DNA of 63,856 nucleotides, the filler included, from Phoronis australis (lineage: Eukaryota; Animalia; Phoronida), in NCBI GenBank assembly GCA_002633005.1. It is 5 parts of 5 records of this genome, joined end to end, with 100 filler letters (N's around TTAATTAATTAA, not from the genome) between each part and the next. Parts side by side here need not be neighbours in the genome. Positions count along the whole stretch, not along the records: positions 34,353 to 48,113 come from NMRA01001575.1; positions 48,214 to 61,602 come from NMRA01001588.1; 3 more parts are not named here. One strand, given 5' to 3'. Below, one piece after another: positions 38,402-60,695 of the stretch; the stretch's first letter is position 1; the number at the start of each line of letters is the position of its first letter. The notes beneath the pieces are model-generated. The model was not told the origin of the DNA and ran no database searches. It worked only from the letters and a program-made list of their open reading frames with translations. The translations under genes were made by a program, and so were the position numbers.

Positions 38402-39509
38402 CATACCAACTTACACAATTGCAATCCTTTTGTGAGGACACGCAGCCTTTGGTGCAATCTTTACACATGCCGTTGCAGCTGTAGGGCTTGTAAAACTCGT
38501 CGAGATACGAATGGATTTCTTCCTTCTGCCCATACTAGAAACAAGAGAATGTTTTTAAGATAGTAAAGCTTCAACTCACGTTCTGGAATTCAAGTAGCCA
38601 TGTACATCTCGTGTTATAAAATAAAAAAGTATTTTAGTCAGGCTTCTTCACCCTTGTTACTTGGCGGAATTCTTCGAATTCCGACAATTTTGTTGTTCTG
38701 CCATTAAGTTTGTTTTTTTTTGTTCGCACTCTACAGGTCGCAATTTTCGTCCGACTCGCACGAAATTTGCACACGACGTGTAGATCTAGAAGTCCTAGAA
38801 GCCTATGGTTTTTTTTGGCATAATCGGATTCAAATGCTCATATTAGAGGCCGCATTTTTAAACGTACAGAGCTGAAACTTGATACGATTATTACAGGCCA
38901 TAAGTACTACAACTGCGCGGTAAATTGTTAACTTCCGGTAAAGGATGGCGGAAACATTGGGCATAGCGCATGTGCACCTCAATATCTGGCCGAAAACGTG
39001 TTCTCTTGTAGAGGTCACATTGGTGAACCAATCATTTTCAATCTCGTCCTCTGTCTCTTTCGTTTGATTGGTTATTATAAAAGTTTGTTTAACCGGAAGT
39101 CACTTTCAAGATGGCGAATCTGGCGCATGTTGACCCATTTTCAGTCGTGCTGGAGTGCCATTTGAAACGGGTGGAGAAAATGACGTGAATTTTTGCATGT
39201 GGATTCTTTGAAGTATACCCTTTCAAATGACCTGTAACAATTTTTTCTCAGACTTGCCGTTTTTTGAGTTATTTGACTTTGAATTTGTATAAAAAAAGCA
39301 AAATTTCATTTTTTTTCGAAAAATTTACGGATTTATGTGATATCATTCATTTAGATAGAACTTTAAACGGGCTTTCAGAAGATGTTTTTCATTTTTCGCT
39401 AGAACGTCTACTTTTTGAGTTATTTGAGTTTTTCTTATAGAGCTGTTCCTTTGTTGAGCGCTCTTGCTGCATTGATGTTGGTTTAGCTTCTATTGAACAA
39501 GACTGCAGC

Positions 39510-39699
39510 CTATTTCTTAGTAATTTTTTCGCTAGTCACATGAATGTTATCGTGTTGTTCATAATCTCCGCCTTCATCGTCATCATCGTCGTCCTCCTCC
39601 TCCTCCCCAGTGTCGTCTTTTCGTTTGAATTTCGCCAAGTGTCGCTCCTCCGAGCGCTCTCGTTTAAAGTTTTGGTTGTTCAATAGGTTATTTGAAGAA
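39510..39699 (-). CDS. Candidate terminal exon encoding an acidic peptide; parent gene unknown
   Basis: ttttatag acceptor, open to TAG: SSNNLLNNQNFKRERSEERHLAKFKRKDDTGEEEEDDDDDDEGGDYEQHDNIHVTSEKITKK*. Confidence 0.35.
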
Positions 39700-40427
39700 C
39701 TATAAAATTTATTTTAAACAGAGAGAAACAGCAGTAGGGTATCGTTGTAAGTACCTTAGTATATACTTTACTGTTTCGAATGTGTGGACAAAGACGCAAG
39801 AATGTTTAAGGATATCTGAAAGTTCTTTCACAAAAATAATCGATTTTTAAAATATTTCACATATGTCTAGAACATATGGTGGGGAACTTTAAATACGAAA
39901 TACATACTGTGTAGCGAGAAAAAATATTTAGCAGAGCCACCTTCAAACCGCACAATCGCGTATAGATATGTTTACTACTTATCCCATGTCAAAGGTTCCA
40001 GGACTGTCACTCAAATCGAATCTCCCGCCAGGCACAAAGCAGCTCCGTATGTACATGCCCCTCAGTCCTTACATTCACCGAGTCGCCATAATATTTAGTC
40101 AACGAGGTGTACATGTGATGGATAGATACGGCGAAAACAAAGACAAAACCTAGTTTTGATGCTGATGGGAGTTGTTAGTCTGCATAGTGAATAGGACTGC
40201 CTCTCGTCTCTTTGACCTTGTGTTTACGAGCACAGCAAGTCGTGAAAAGAGACAAATGCTCACCCAAATTCCTTTATTTGATAGGTAATTTGACATTTTG
40301 CTGTTTTGATCTCATGCTCACGACGTGATTTATTCACCTACTCGATTTCTGCTGCCCGTTTCGTACATGTACATGATTTTGTATCAGTCTCCCGGCGTGT
40401 GGTGTGTATAAGAATGAACAAATGATC

Positions 40428-40804
40428 TTTTTAACTAGGTTAACAGTTTATCCCGCCTGTCGGGCTGGCGACGGTAACAAAATTAAAGTTTTAGGTTAAT
40501 TTCACAATGCAAATTCAGTTGACATTGCAAGTAGATGTTGAAATAGCGAACATGGTTGAGGCATGTATAGGTTATGTTGACCGAAAACAAGTTTTCCTCG
40601 AATAATTAAATGAAGACCTTGAGATTTTCAAGTGTTCCAACTTAATCGGATTTTTCTCGGCTTCGGCAAATCGACTTAATTTGAAATTCGGAGCTCGAAT
40701 TCTCGAAAACGGCTCGGTGGATTTCGCTGAAATTTCTCGAACTTAGCATTTATTCATCAATCTCAAAACGCTGTTAGGACTTTTGTTATTATGGCCTAGT
40801 TTTT
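40428..40804. mobile_element. Probable Helentron-associated (HINE)-like non-autonomous element
   Basis: T-rich flanks, AACTAGG/CCTAGTT subterminal inverted repeats, TTCTCG..AAAT core repeats. Confidence 0.45.
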
Positions 40805-43800
40805 GCGTTATGTAATGAAGACAAATACGAATGTCAATTTTTACAAAAAATATTATTGTCATATAATTATAAAATATATTGTGATAGTCCCTGGTCTCTT
40901 TTCTTTCAGAAAATGTTGCTTTTATTTGTTGAAAGAGCCGTTTTATATTTTTTCAGTTTTGTTTTCGATGCACGCGTTGGAATGGTGGCCACTAAATAAC
41001 TAAGACCTAGCATCAAAAGCCTTGTTTATAATAAAACATGTTCCAGTGTAAAGATGTACCTGTTATCACTTTGCTGCGTATCCTTCAAACCAATATTGCA
41101 ATATATTTCAGAAATGTGGGGCTTTCATCCCGCAGCGGTTGTGGAAATTGTACACAGCAAGGTCTATAAATTCTTATTGGGCCCTGACAATATCCCCATA
41201 ATTTAGTGGCCATGCAGGTTCGAAGTGGAAAGGCACATAATGTTAACAATGGGATTTTAGATAATTATTAAAAACTGGTTGAAATTGTTTAATGCTGGTG
41301 ATAACAGGCTAATAAATACATATTCTATCAATAGAATTGACCTATCGCAAGCTTCCCCTTGCGTAATGTCGGCTAACAAACAATAAGTTTTACCTGGCAA
41401 CGTGTTGTTTGTCGGGTAAAATGGTGGCTTGGAAATGAAAGTGTGTCGAGAATGCTGCATTGTGATTAGTCAATTAAGCCGTCACTCAAAATCCTGAACA
41501 ACGTAACAGCTGACAGGCGTTACATGTGATGCAGTTAGTTTCAGTTGATATTTGGATTTGGTGTTGTTTTCATCCTCAGTTGCCTGGGGATGAGAGGATA
41601 TTGTTGAGGGAGTTTAAACAACGGCATTTCGATATTGGTGGGTACCGATGACACGAGGAATTATTGAGTGTTAGTTAATTAGATACTTACAAAATATGCA
41701 AAATCAATTACTTATGGAGAAGTTAGTCGCAAGTGTAAAAATTAGAAAATATCTCAAGGATTTAGCGATTTTTAGATGTTCCAATTAATTTACAAAATTT
41801 GCTATAAATGGATAAAATATTGCAAAACAATTTCCTGTGCCGCTTCGAGTGGTTAGAAAAGTCGTATCTCATCTTAAGGTCACAGTCATCTGTGTAAGTG
41901 AACGGTGTTATGAGTAAATCATTGAAGGGGAATGAGAAGAAACCAACAGTTGATTTATATTACTGACAGGTATAGAGTTGATCTCAGTTTGTTCCTTGTA
42001 CATACGAGAAGTGATTTTTTCGTTATTCCCAGCGATAATTCGCGGAGAATAATTTGACACGCCGTGAGAGTTCAACTTGTAGAGCCCAATTTTAAACAGG
42101 CAAGAAACGCAAAATTTCGCCAAAATATCAAAATATCTCTTAAACAATTCATGACGAAACTACTATCTCGCGACGTCTACTAGAGAGTTAATTACTGTTC
42201 CCTGAAAGATAATTTATAGAAAAAATCACAAAATTGACGATTTTTGAAATATGCGTAAAGGAAAAACTCTGTAGTCACCACAGAATTTCTAATCTCCGCT
42301 TTACTTAGAAAAAAACGCGCATGCGCTCACAGCCAGTGAAGCAAGCAATTTTACAAAAACAATTTCAAGAGCATTTTACAATACATTTCAATAATGCGAT
42401 AACTCTATAACTAATTTTAAACAATTGCCTCTTAATCGGACAGGCTGTTCCTTGAAGTCGCCACCTTCAAAGGTCAAAGGTCACATTTCCCATGTAAGGG
42501 AAAAGTGCTACGTCTACGTCTTTTCATACCAAATAAGGAGACGTGCTTTGCCTTGTGGGAGTAAAATCAACAAAGTGACCAGATGACAGATCGTTTTTTG
42601 AAATTTGAAACTAAAAGAAAAATGATTTGACATCAAAATAAATTCAAAATCTGTACAAACGGACTGTGAAAATACCTGGTGAGCAGGTTAAATTTTGTTT
42701 TAGTTTCAGAGAACCTAGCACTCTGAATACTACTGTACAATTTAGTCTGTTCTTCACGTTCCAGGCCTCTTTAAGCAACTATGAACTGCCATTTTTACAA
42801 ACCCGGAAATCACACCTACTTTAACAAAACAGCAATTTGAGAACAAGTATAAACGGTAAGTTGACTAAGTCGAAAATTGTTTCCTTCACTTTTAAACCTC
42901 TGTCATTATACTTAATTTTGTACACTAATTACACGTGCGCATGTTTATTTGTTGCAGAAAGTGTCAAGAATCGAACAAGCGCAGATGGGCTTGTGGCAAG
43001 GTGCGATAGATTTCTCAGTAAATTAAAACTGATTAGCACTTTCCTGAGGAAAAGACTAATCACCACCCGAAAAAGTATATCAAGGAAGTTTTTAACACCT
43101 TCAGCTACAGGCGTAACTTATGGAGGTGTCAGGGGCTGTTGTTGTTGATTTACGTGGACACAGAAAAAAATAGTTGGGCAAGAAAACAACGGTTGGTCAA
43201 GGAGCGCATTTTAACTAAGAGACTGAGAATTTGAAAGAGGTTAAAAATAGTTCCATGCGGACTTTTGCTCACTTTGATAAATTTGCCCTACTCATCATTG
43301 AGGTTTTTGACATTTTTACTTCCCAGGAGATTGTTTTTATGTGATGTGCGTAAAATTTAAAGAGGTATAAAAAACGAACAATACATACATTTGCCACCAT
43401 TGCTGTCGGATCGTTTTAGTGTCACACTTCCGTCAAGCAAAAAACCCCCAAGTCATTGATAAGAATTTATTTTATGCCACCTCAATTGATTTAATCGTAA
43501 ATGCATTAAGCCGCTGGACGAACATGTACTGCATATTTCGCTAATGAAAAGAGAGGTTTACATTCGATTTTATCTTTGCTATAATACTAATGCTCACGGT
43601 CATGAACTGGAATTCTCACCACAAAGCAACAGACAGAAGACATTATTGCCATGGACACTGGTATTGTAAAACAAATTAAGCATATATTTCTTCGCACACT
43701 CAAGTGCCGATTCTGCAGATAGGTGTTGTTCAGTGGAGAAAACTGGTTCTCAAAATGCGGACACGTTATGTCAGACCATTACCGCCTTCCCGTTTAAATA

Positions 43801-45039
43801 CTCGGAGGAAAGTTTTCAGAGAAAAGAACAAAGCGGGTACAAATAAGTTTTAACTAAATTTTGGATTTCGTGATACATATACATGTATTACATATTGCTG
43901 AGTCAACGACTGAAGTCCTGAATACGCAAACAGAGGTTGTCTCTCAGTGTTCAAAGATGACTACTAAAAGACTTTGACTACTCGCATGTTTGGCAGTATT
44001 ATTGAAAAGCTAGATTCTTGAAGTTATTATTAGCTTTGTGCGTTTGTGATATGATGGGAAATCGACGATTCCCGACGTTGACCTCCAGTCATTTGGTAGA
44101 ATTAACTGATACCGGGACCGCTGACATTATCAGTTAAATGCCTTTGAGTACATGTGGCTGTTTGCCAAATTGACTTTTAGCTCTACTGCGCCAAGTGAGG
44201 TTTTGGGTTCGAATTCGTTTGAGGGCTGATCTTGAATGCGCAATATTGTCGCTGATGTCACCTAAAGTCGAGTGCTCTCATAGTAAGAATATCAGTGGAG
44301 TGAATTTGATTCGTTTATCGACTGTCAGTAAATTAAATGACAACATACTTTTAAGACAAAGACGATCATTTCGCAAATTACGCCGTGTCTGCGGCCTAAG
44401 AAGCGTGACAACGCCTTTTTCTAAAAGACCACACAATTAGAGAAACGATCACGTCTTCAGTTTTGATGGGCATGCACTGAGACTTGATTAACTTCGATAT
44501 GACTGCCTGAAACCTCACAGTAATGTCACTTTGAGAACCCGGCATCGCGTTTATATTTTATGTTTTACAGTATTCATGAGACGTGGTCAATATTTCCTAT
44601 AAAACTCAGATTCACGAATTCCAAAGATCTTTGAAGTGCGCGTATAACGCGAAAAACAGACTAAATTTCGTTATTCAAGGTTGTCAAATCATTTTTCATT
44701 TAATTTCAAATTTCAAAAACAATCTGTCAACTGGTCACTTCGTCGATTTTTCTGGATTGTTCTAAGACCCCCTCGANACCCAAAGCCGGGTTTGGCTCCG
44801 TCAGGTTATCAACTCACCTTCAGTTCGCTGGATCGATGTATAATCGGACCCGGAACAACGCACTTTTTCTCAGAGAAACGGCAGACGGACCTCCGAATCA
44901 CCGAAAACAGGCCGTTGCTCCTGTTGTCCCATAGCAGGACAGGAATCAATGAGATAAATATAGAAGAGTTGAAGTCACGTGGTTTACTATGAGCGGAGTG
45001 GTCCGCCATCTTGTTGACGAAGCATGTACGTCGAGCTGC

Positions 45040-47100
45040 CTTGAGCTGTGTAGAATACATGTAGAAATGCAAAAGTAGCTGGACGAAAGAACACCACGTT
45101 TTAGACGTTTTAGAGGTAACTATTCCACGGAGTCTTTCATTGTTGGTGCTTGATATGTGTCACTGTGGTTGAATATTCACAAATATGATTATTTATATGA
45201 CGGATAATCCCGAATTGTGCAGTGTCTGGTTCACTCTGGTTGTGCAGTATGAGGCTGTGTAAAACAGTTCAGCATGCTCAGTGGTAAACGTTTAGCAACC
45301 AGATGTCCTGAGAATTTTATTCATATTTCCCAAGTCAGTGTGTCCCGTTCATGTTTATGTGATGGCCAGTGTTCCGGATCCCTCCTACCCTTGCATCTTT
45401 AACCATTTTTACATTGTTGCAATGAAGCAATATTATACTACCTTCCACAGACCCTTCCTCTTTTGTAGTTTTAGACGGTGCCACCGCACGTGCTTAGCCT
45501 TAGAGAAGGTGGCACTCCCACAGGGCTTTCATATGCTGGAAACTTTTTGGCCTCACACTGATTAAACCATCGAAGTCACGTTGCTACAAGTACTTTTATA
45601 TGCATAGAGGGACACATTCCTTTCAACTGGAGGAAATACTCCTGTAATCAAACATATTTTTTGATCAGTCCTTCATTCATTTTCCCACATCGGCAACTGA
45701 CCATTTTCACATTGCTCGGGCCAAGAGATATGATGACCACAGTCTCTACTGTAAGCGAGAGTGTGACACTGTCTATTGCGGTTAATGAGACACCATTCGG
45801 AATAACTAAATAAAAAGTTCGTCCTTAACTTGTGTTAAATAATCTTGACTGATTCATTCTTCCAATACATTTTTGCTGTAGCAGTAGTGATGTCGTTTTA
45901 CTAAAAATACATATTTTTGCGTGAACTCTTAAGTTATGGTATTTCGAATATTTTACTCATATTTCTTGCGGCAGGTTTCCCAAAGATGAATCTGCGCAAA
46001 AGAATGGGCGTAACTTGCTCGACGAAGCAAGTCTGATGGCATTTGGTGGGAGTCGTGTTCTGAAAGTGTTTTGTGCTCTCAGCACGTTTCAGAATCGAAT
46101 ATTGGCCGAAATGGGTGTGCTCTAGGGATTTTGGACTGATGCTGTTTCTATAGGTACGTGTAGCGTCGGAATATTTCTCTGAACTTTGCTCTGATGTGGC
46201 ATCTGTTACACTTCATTGCATTTTAAATAAAAATCACATTGAGCGATTATTCAGCACAATGTGTAAACTGGTAAACAGTTTTCTATCGGATTAGCTGAGT
46301 GAAACACTGACTGAATGAACAAGCATTGTCCTTCCTTTCATTACTAATTCTCTACTACCTGATATTGAACAAACAAGACGAGCGCAGAGCTATTAAAACT
46401 TCAGAGCCTAAGCAATAGCAAAAGCAAAAGTTATTTTTGGTCCACACGTTTTGCAGCCTTAGGTGCTTTTCACCAGTACCATATACTTGTTATGAAAATT
46501 ATCCCACCCGGATCATTAACTGTTGTGTTGCTTTTTCATGAGGTCATTGTTACCAGGTCCATCAAGATGAGGAGCACCCAACACCATTCAATATCAATGA
46601 GCGCGATTATTACCAAAGTGTGCCATCTGAGCACCTCAGTGTCATTGAGAATATTGTGGTTTTATTGTTCTTAAAGTTATTGCAATCGTGCCATGGAGTG
46701 ATTCCCGTAGAACCCCGGTCAAGTGAAGAGTTTTATTACTTGCTAAGGCTGCAGGAAAATAGCGGACTTAGGGTGCCAGCACGTGGAGTTATACACATAT
46801 TCCATAAGGCCGCCGTGCTTTTGTTTACAGAGCGTTCATCACCAATATGGTGGACCGCGTGTCACGCGTTGTATGGCTTGCGAGTAGTGTCGTCTCCATA
46901 TATATTTAGTTCATTGACAGGAATGCCGACGATGGACAGGAATCACGAACCATTTTTCAGTTTGGTGGATGAGAGCGCCACTACGGATGACCTGGAAAGT
47001 CGACACGCAAGCTGCCACGCGCTCTGTCTAAACGAGACCTGCTGCGCAGAGTCAGAGAGTACACTATGTCCGTCCGCTGTCACAATGGCTCATGCAACAA
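45040..47100 (+). pseudogene. Degenerate THAP9/P-element-like transposase
   Basis: Exon 1 C..C..R|gt (donor 45116); exon 2 from 45975 FPKDE..KEW..VLCSQH..DAV; NKNHIERLFSTM (cf. SQDHLELFF) at ~46225; YYLLRLQENSGLRVPARGV (cf. LLxLKNNGGLxxPS) in ORF 46620-47150; central region deleted. Confidence 0.65.
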
Positions 47101-47305
47101 AACTCAAAATTCGAATTTATTGCACCAAGACATTGGCTGTGCAGCACTGAAATAAGTGGGCGGCTATAGCCCCTAGCCCCCTATGATACAAGATTATTTT
47201 TCAAAAGGTTAAAATACATTTAACGTCTTAAAGGACCGTCCTATACCTGACACTGAATGATTATGCTAAAGAGACAAAATAGGCGACAATGAATCATGTT
47301 GAAAT

Positions 47306-47461
47306 CAGTGGCGGATTTAGAGGGGGCCAAGAGGGCCATGCCCCCCCTAAAACTCTCCCAGATTCCATTTGGCAATTGGGGGGTGCGAATGTCTGACGAG
47401 CAAAACCCTGGCTAATAGTATGCTCTGGCCCCCCTAACTAAAAATCCTGGATCCGCCACTG
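47306..47461. mobile_element. 156-bp MITE with 5-bp TSD (GAAAT)
   Basis: GAAAT|CAGTGGCGGATTTAG ... CTGGATCCGCCACTG|GAAAT. Confidence 0.9.
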
Positions 47462-48113
47462 GAAATGCCCAACATTCAACTGAGAATTACACTGATTTTA
47501 TTTCAGACAACACTTCAACAGTTTTTCTGAATTTTTTCATAAAAGTCTTCGATTTTCTTACGTGAACGTGCTTTTCTTTTGCTTGTATTTTCGCAAAAAA
47601 TGCGAGCCCATTGATCATCGACCTCTCCGTGCCACCACGTGACGGCAGTTAAGTCTTCAAGGAAGGTCACTCAGCGACGTAACAAGAAGATGATATGTGT
47701 AGCACGTCTCCTTATTTGGAATGGCAGGACATAGACGTAGCACATTTCCCATATGGAAATGTGACCTTTGTCATTGGATGAAAACAAAACAATGGCGATA
47801 ATGCACTTGTTAATTCTTTGAGCGCATACTCCCTTATATATTATTATGGGCCACCCGCAAACAACTTCCACTTCGGGAACTTGTTTAACATTATGTACAG
47901 TAAAACCTTATCAACAAGTCTTTGTATTAGCAAAATATCGGCAAAACTATAGATTTTAACTCAGTTCGTAAGAGTATAGATTTCTTAAAGCAGCAAATTT
48001 GTAGAATTTGATTTTTTACCAATCTCACATTATTTGGGTCACGTGATCATGTCTTTCTAATGAAATTTAGCATCAAATGACCAAATTTTGTTTAAAATCA
48101 ATGTTCAACGTGA

Positions 48114-48213
48114 NNNNNNNNNNNNNNNNNNNNNNNNNNNNNNNNNNNNNNNNNNNNTTAATTAATTAANNNNNNNNNNNNNNNNNNNNNNNNNNNNNNN
48201 NNNNNNNNNNNNN
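48114..48213. other. Artificial 100-nt spacer
   Basis: N44-TTAATTAATTAA-N44. Confidence 0.97.
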
Positions 48214-48308
48214 TTGGTCAAGACCGGCTCCACAAGATGGTCAAGACCGGCTCTACTAGTTGGTCAAGACCGGCTCAACAAGTTGGTCAAGATCGGCTCC
48301 ACAAGTTG
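48214..48308. repeat. ~23-bp tandem repeat TTGGTCAAGACCGGCTCCACAAG, 4 copies at the block start
   Basis: Directly visible. Confidence 0.9.
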
Positions 48309-50582
48309 CTCTCGAACAAAAACAGAAAGTTCTTTGCACTTATCTAAGTCAAAAGTTAGTTTCTTTAAAGGAATAAAGGCTTATAACTGCTTTAAAACAC
48401 GAAAAAAGGCCCAAAAATAACAATGTGAAATAAATCATTCCAAATAATCAATACGGTCCATTCATAATGAACATAAACCACCACATTGTACTTTCCAATT
48501 CGGTATCAAACACGAGTGACGGATCGAACAACTTTGACAGATTGAACTATGCCGTTCAGTTATAAGTGTTTCTCAGTACTGGCGTTTAAAACCAAATGTT
48601 GGTGTCACTTGGTGTATAAATCCATGTAATCTACTGAGAGTAAATAAAAACGCTAATTGCATAAACTAATACTTCAACACTCAAAATCAACTCATTTTTA
48701 TTACAAATTTCAAATTAAATCCGAATGTTAACAAAAATCCATTAAAAACATAGTTTGTTCTTGCCTTGTGAGATGTCACAAAAATAAACAAGTCTGCAAC
48801 TGACAGTTCATTTTATTTGATGTATTAACTAACAATCATACTGTTCAAAATCTTTGTAAAAAGTTTCTCCAGACTTGGGAATATCCATGCATAAATAATA
48901 TCAAATGATTCGGCAACGCAGCACAGCACTAAAAATGCAGCTTTTAGTAGAAGCATCAAGGTACCAACTGTTATGTGAAAACAAGACTAAAATAACTTGA
49001 AAATGAACTACCTAGACATGTCAAACAAGCCTGTAATGGTTATAACTATTAGATGTTAGTAATTAAAGTTAGTGCTTGAGGTTACCTACAGAAAAGGTGA
49101 TTTTTCAATACAATGTAATTTGTGAATGTTCAGTAAGCAATGTCCCAGATTCAAACAACCAGCACACAAACACTATGGGTAACACAATAAATGAAAACAA
49201 ACAAAAGCAAACTGTGACAATTTTCAGTTTACTCAACTGTTTACCTCCTATGAATCACCAATCTCTTGGTTCGTGGAAATTTCCATAGTTTCATTATCAG
49301 CACCTGGTAATTTTTAGTTGCTCGGTTATTTCATAATTTTTTTGTCAATTCTATTGAAATTAGTGTTGTTTTTCAATTTACAATGCAGTAACTGCCACCA
49401 CATTCATACAAATGACACAATTACAAAATTTAAATTTAACTGAAAACAAATGGCTGCAATGTCATGAAATGTTACTCAGACTGCAAAGACTGTCAGAGGT
49501 GTCCAATGAACAAAAAGAAATACTAATAATACCAAAATAGTTCTGTATCCTAAAATGGACACACAGTGTGATCACTCAGTAATTACCCATTAAACAACAA
49601 GAAATAATGGGTTAACAAAGCCTCCACTTCAGATTATGTAGGGCCTTATCCACAAATCTGTGTATTGTACTTTTACTTAAAGCTTAAAAGAAAAGAAAGG
49701 TACATAGAAACCAAAATAACGATATCAATAACACGTTAAAATTTCATTTGATATAACTGCTCAAAATGAAATCTCAAAAAGGTTGTTGCTGTTTTCTCAC
49801 TTATCATTTCAATTTTGTTTGATGCGAGTTTTGAATTTTTTTCATGAAAACCATAAAAATCCCATTTTTGACAGCTCCTCGTGCAAAAGTGGAACATTTT
49901 AAAACCAATTCATAGCATTCCTTTGGAGACCAGTCCATAATGCATAGTATTTGAAAGTTACATGTAAATCTCAACAGCTATTTTTGAACTTTTTTTAGGG
50001 CACTACATAACCTTAAGTGAAAACTGACAGGTTGCCCAGTTACCCAATTCATTTGACAAAGACATTTGATCGGCTTCGCGTGATAACTTAAAAGACTTAT
50101 GAACCAATTAAATGTGTTTTGTCAGTTGACCCAGAGCAGCCCGTAAGCGGTTAACCCTATCTTCAACCAGCATATATAACGGAAAACATAATATTTTAAT
50201 TTAACATCTGAATGATATATAAGCTAACTGGCAATTTAATGTCTGTCACAAACTTCAACAACATGTGCAACTGCCACTATAATATTGACACCAAAGAAAA
50301 AGAAAAAAAGAATATTGTCCAATTTTTAATTTCTATGACACTATACTCATACAATTGTATGTCTTTCTCACATGGTTGTGTCGTAATGTTAAATGATCAA
50401 TACAAAGATACAGTGAAGTGAACCAAATGAATATATAAAGGTGACTTGTAATGACAAATGCTACACAGCAAGTCAACTTCAATTGAAAGTTGAATGACGC
50501 CCTTGATTCATTACTACAGTATAACTTTAAAAACAACATAAACTGTACACAAAAAAATTTGAAACAAAATCTGTCCTGGACA

Positions 50583-59411
<8,829 letters not shown>

Positions 59412-59640
59412 TCATCTGTAAACAGCTACCTTGTAAACAAACAGCACTCATTAATGGTTGATGACTGAGCCCGTTCTAGTATCCTGACAACAATAACCAA
59501 GGTATACATTACGGTATATTTTGAATTTAAAGCTTAACTGTTACAACCCAATACTTGCCAGTGTACCATGACAGGGATCGAGCAAAAACATGGGATATGG
59601 ACCAAGTGATCTACAGAGCCTCAAACTCACTGTTTCGTTC

Positions 59641-59740
59641 CTGAGCTGTGTTCAAATGGAACATGTAATAGACTAATAGTGCTGCAAGAATCTGAGTTGT
59701 GTTCAAATGGAACATGTAATAAACTAATAGTGCTGCAGCA
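59641..59740. repeat. 51-bp tandem duplication
   Basis: TGTGTTCAAATGGAACATGTAATArACTAATAGTGCTGCA twice. Confidence 0.9.
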
Positions 59741-60695
59741 AGATAAAATAGGCTGAGAATGACCAAGAAATGAATGTGCCAGCTGACTGGAGCTAAGTGA
59801 TTAAAGTGGAAAGCAACTTTTGATGTGCCAGTGGTAATGCTCCAAAATTGATCCTGACTTGAACATGACACCTTGTTGATTAGTGAACATAAAAAAGATG
59901 ATGTCGAATATCAGTTTATCCCAATGCACAAATAGGGTCTACACAATTTAACTACAATGGTTCTCAGATTAAGCCAACTCATAGGTGACAACAGGGGTTC
60001 TTTCAATTTTCCTTTATTATAATGTAGGCACCCTTACAAAGAGAATGTAGTGATTTAGCACAAAGTTTATGAAAAGCTCTGGAGAATTAAGACCAAAGCC
60101 CAGCCTGAATCAACTTGCAACCTCACAAAGACAAGACTTAGGCCTAAGGGACTGAACCATCTCATCACTGACGCCAAAGGCTCTTGTAAATATGAAACAA
60201 AGTCTCAAATCAAATCTAGCTTAAATTATTCAAAACCACAATTTCAGATACAAAAGGGTGATATTGTGACAAAATAGTTGATTCTGTGTGGTTCACAAAC
60301 ATTTTATGTGACAGTTGATAAAACATCACAGTGTGCCATAATCTTGTTTTTGAAATAGGTCATTAACCCCATGAAAACAGGGTGAACCGAATGAATCAGA
60401 GAAATGATTCATTGACTAAAAACAAAAGAATGTGACATGTACTAAATGCAGAGATTGGTGTTTTATTGTAAAACACTGCATGAAATTTCAATAGCAAAGA
60501 TTGGATCTTTTGCCCAATGATGAAATACTTATTACTAGTAGGACTACTGGCTTTGGTACTTGGTGAACAAGTCAGCAACAAGAGAAATGCTTCAATTGGT
60601 CTACAGTATGGAAAGCCAAAGTGGAAAATATTCCAAAACAAATACTTTGTATGCAAGATTTAAAAACAGTCCAAAACATTGTTTTCACTATGCCA

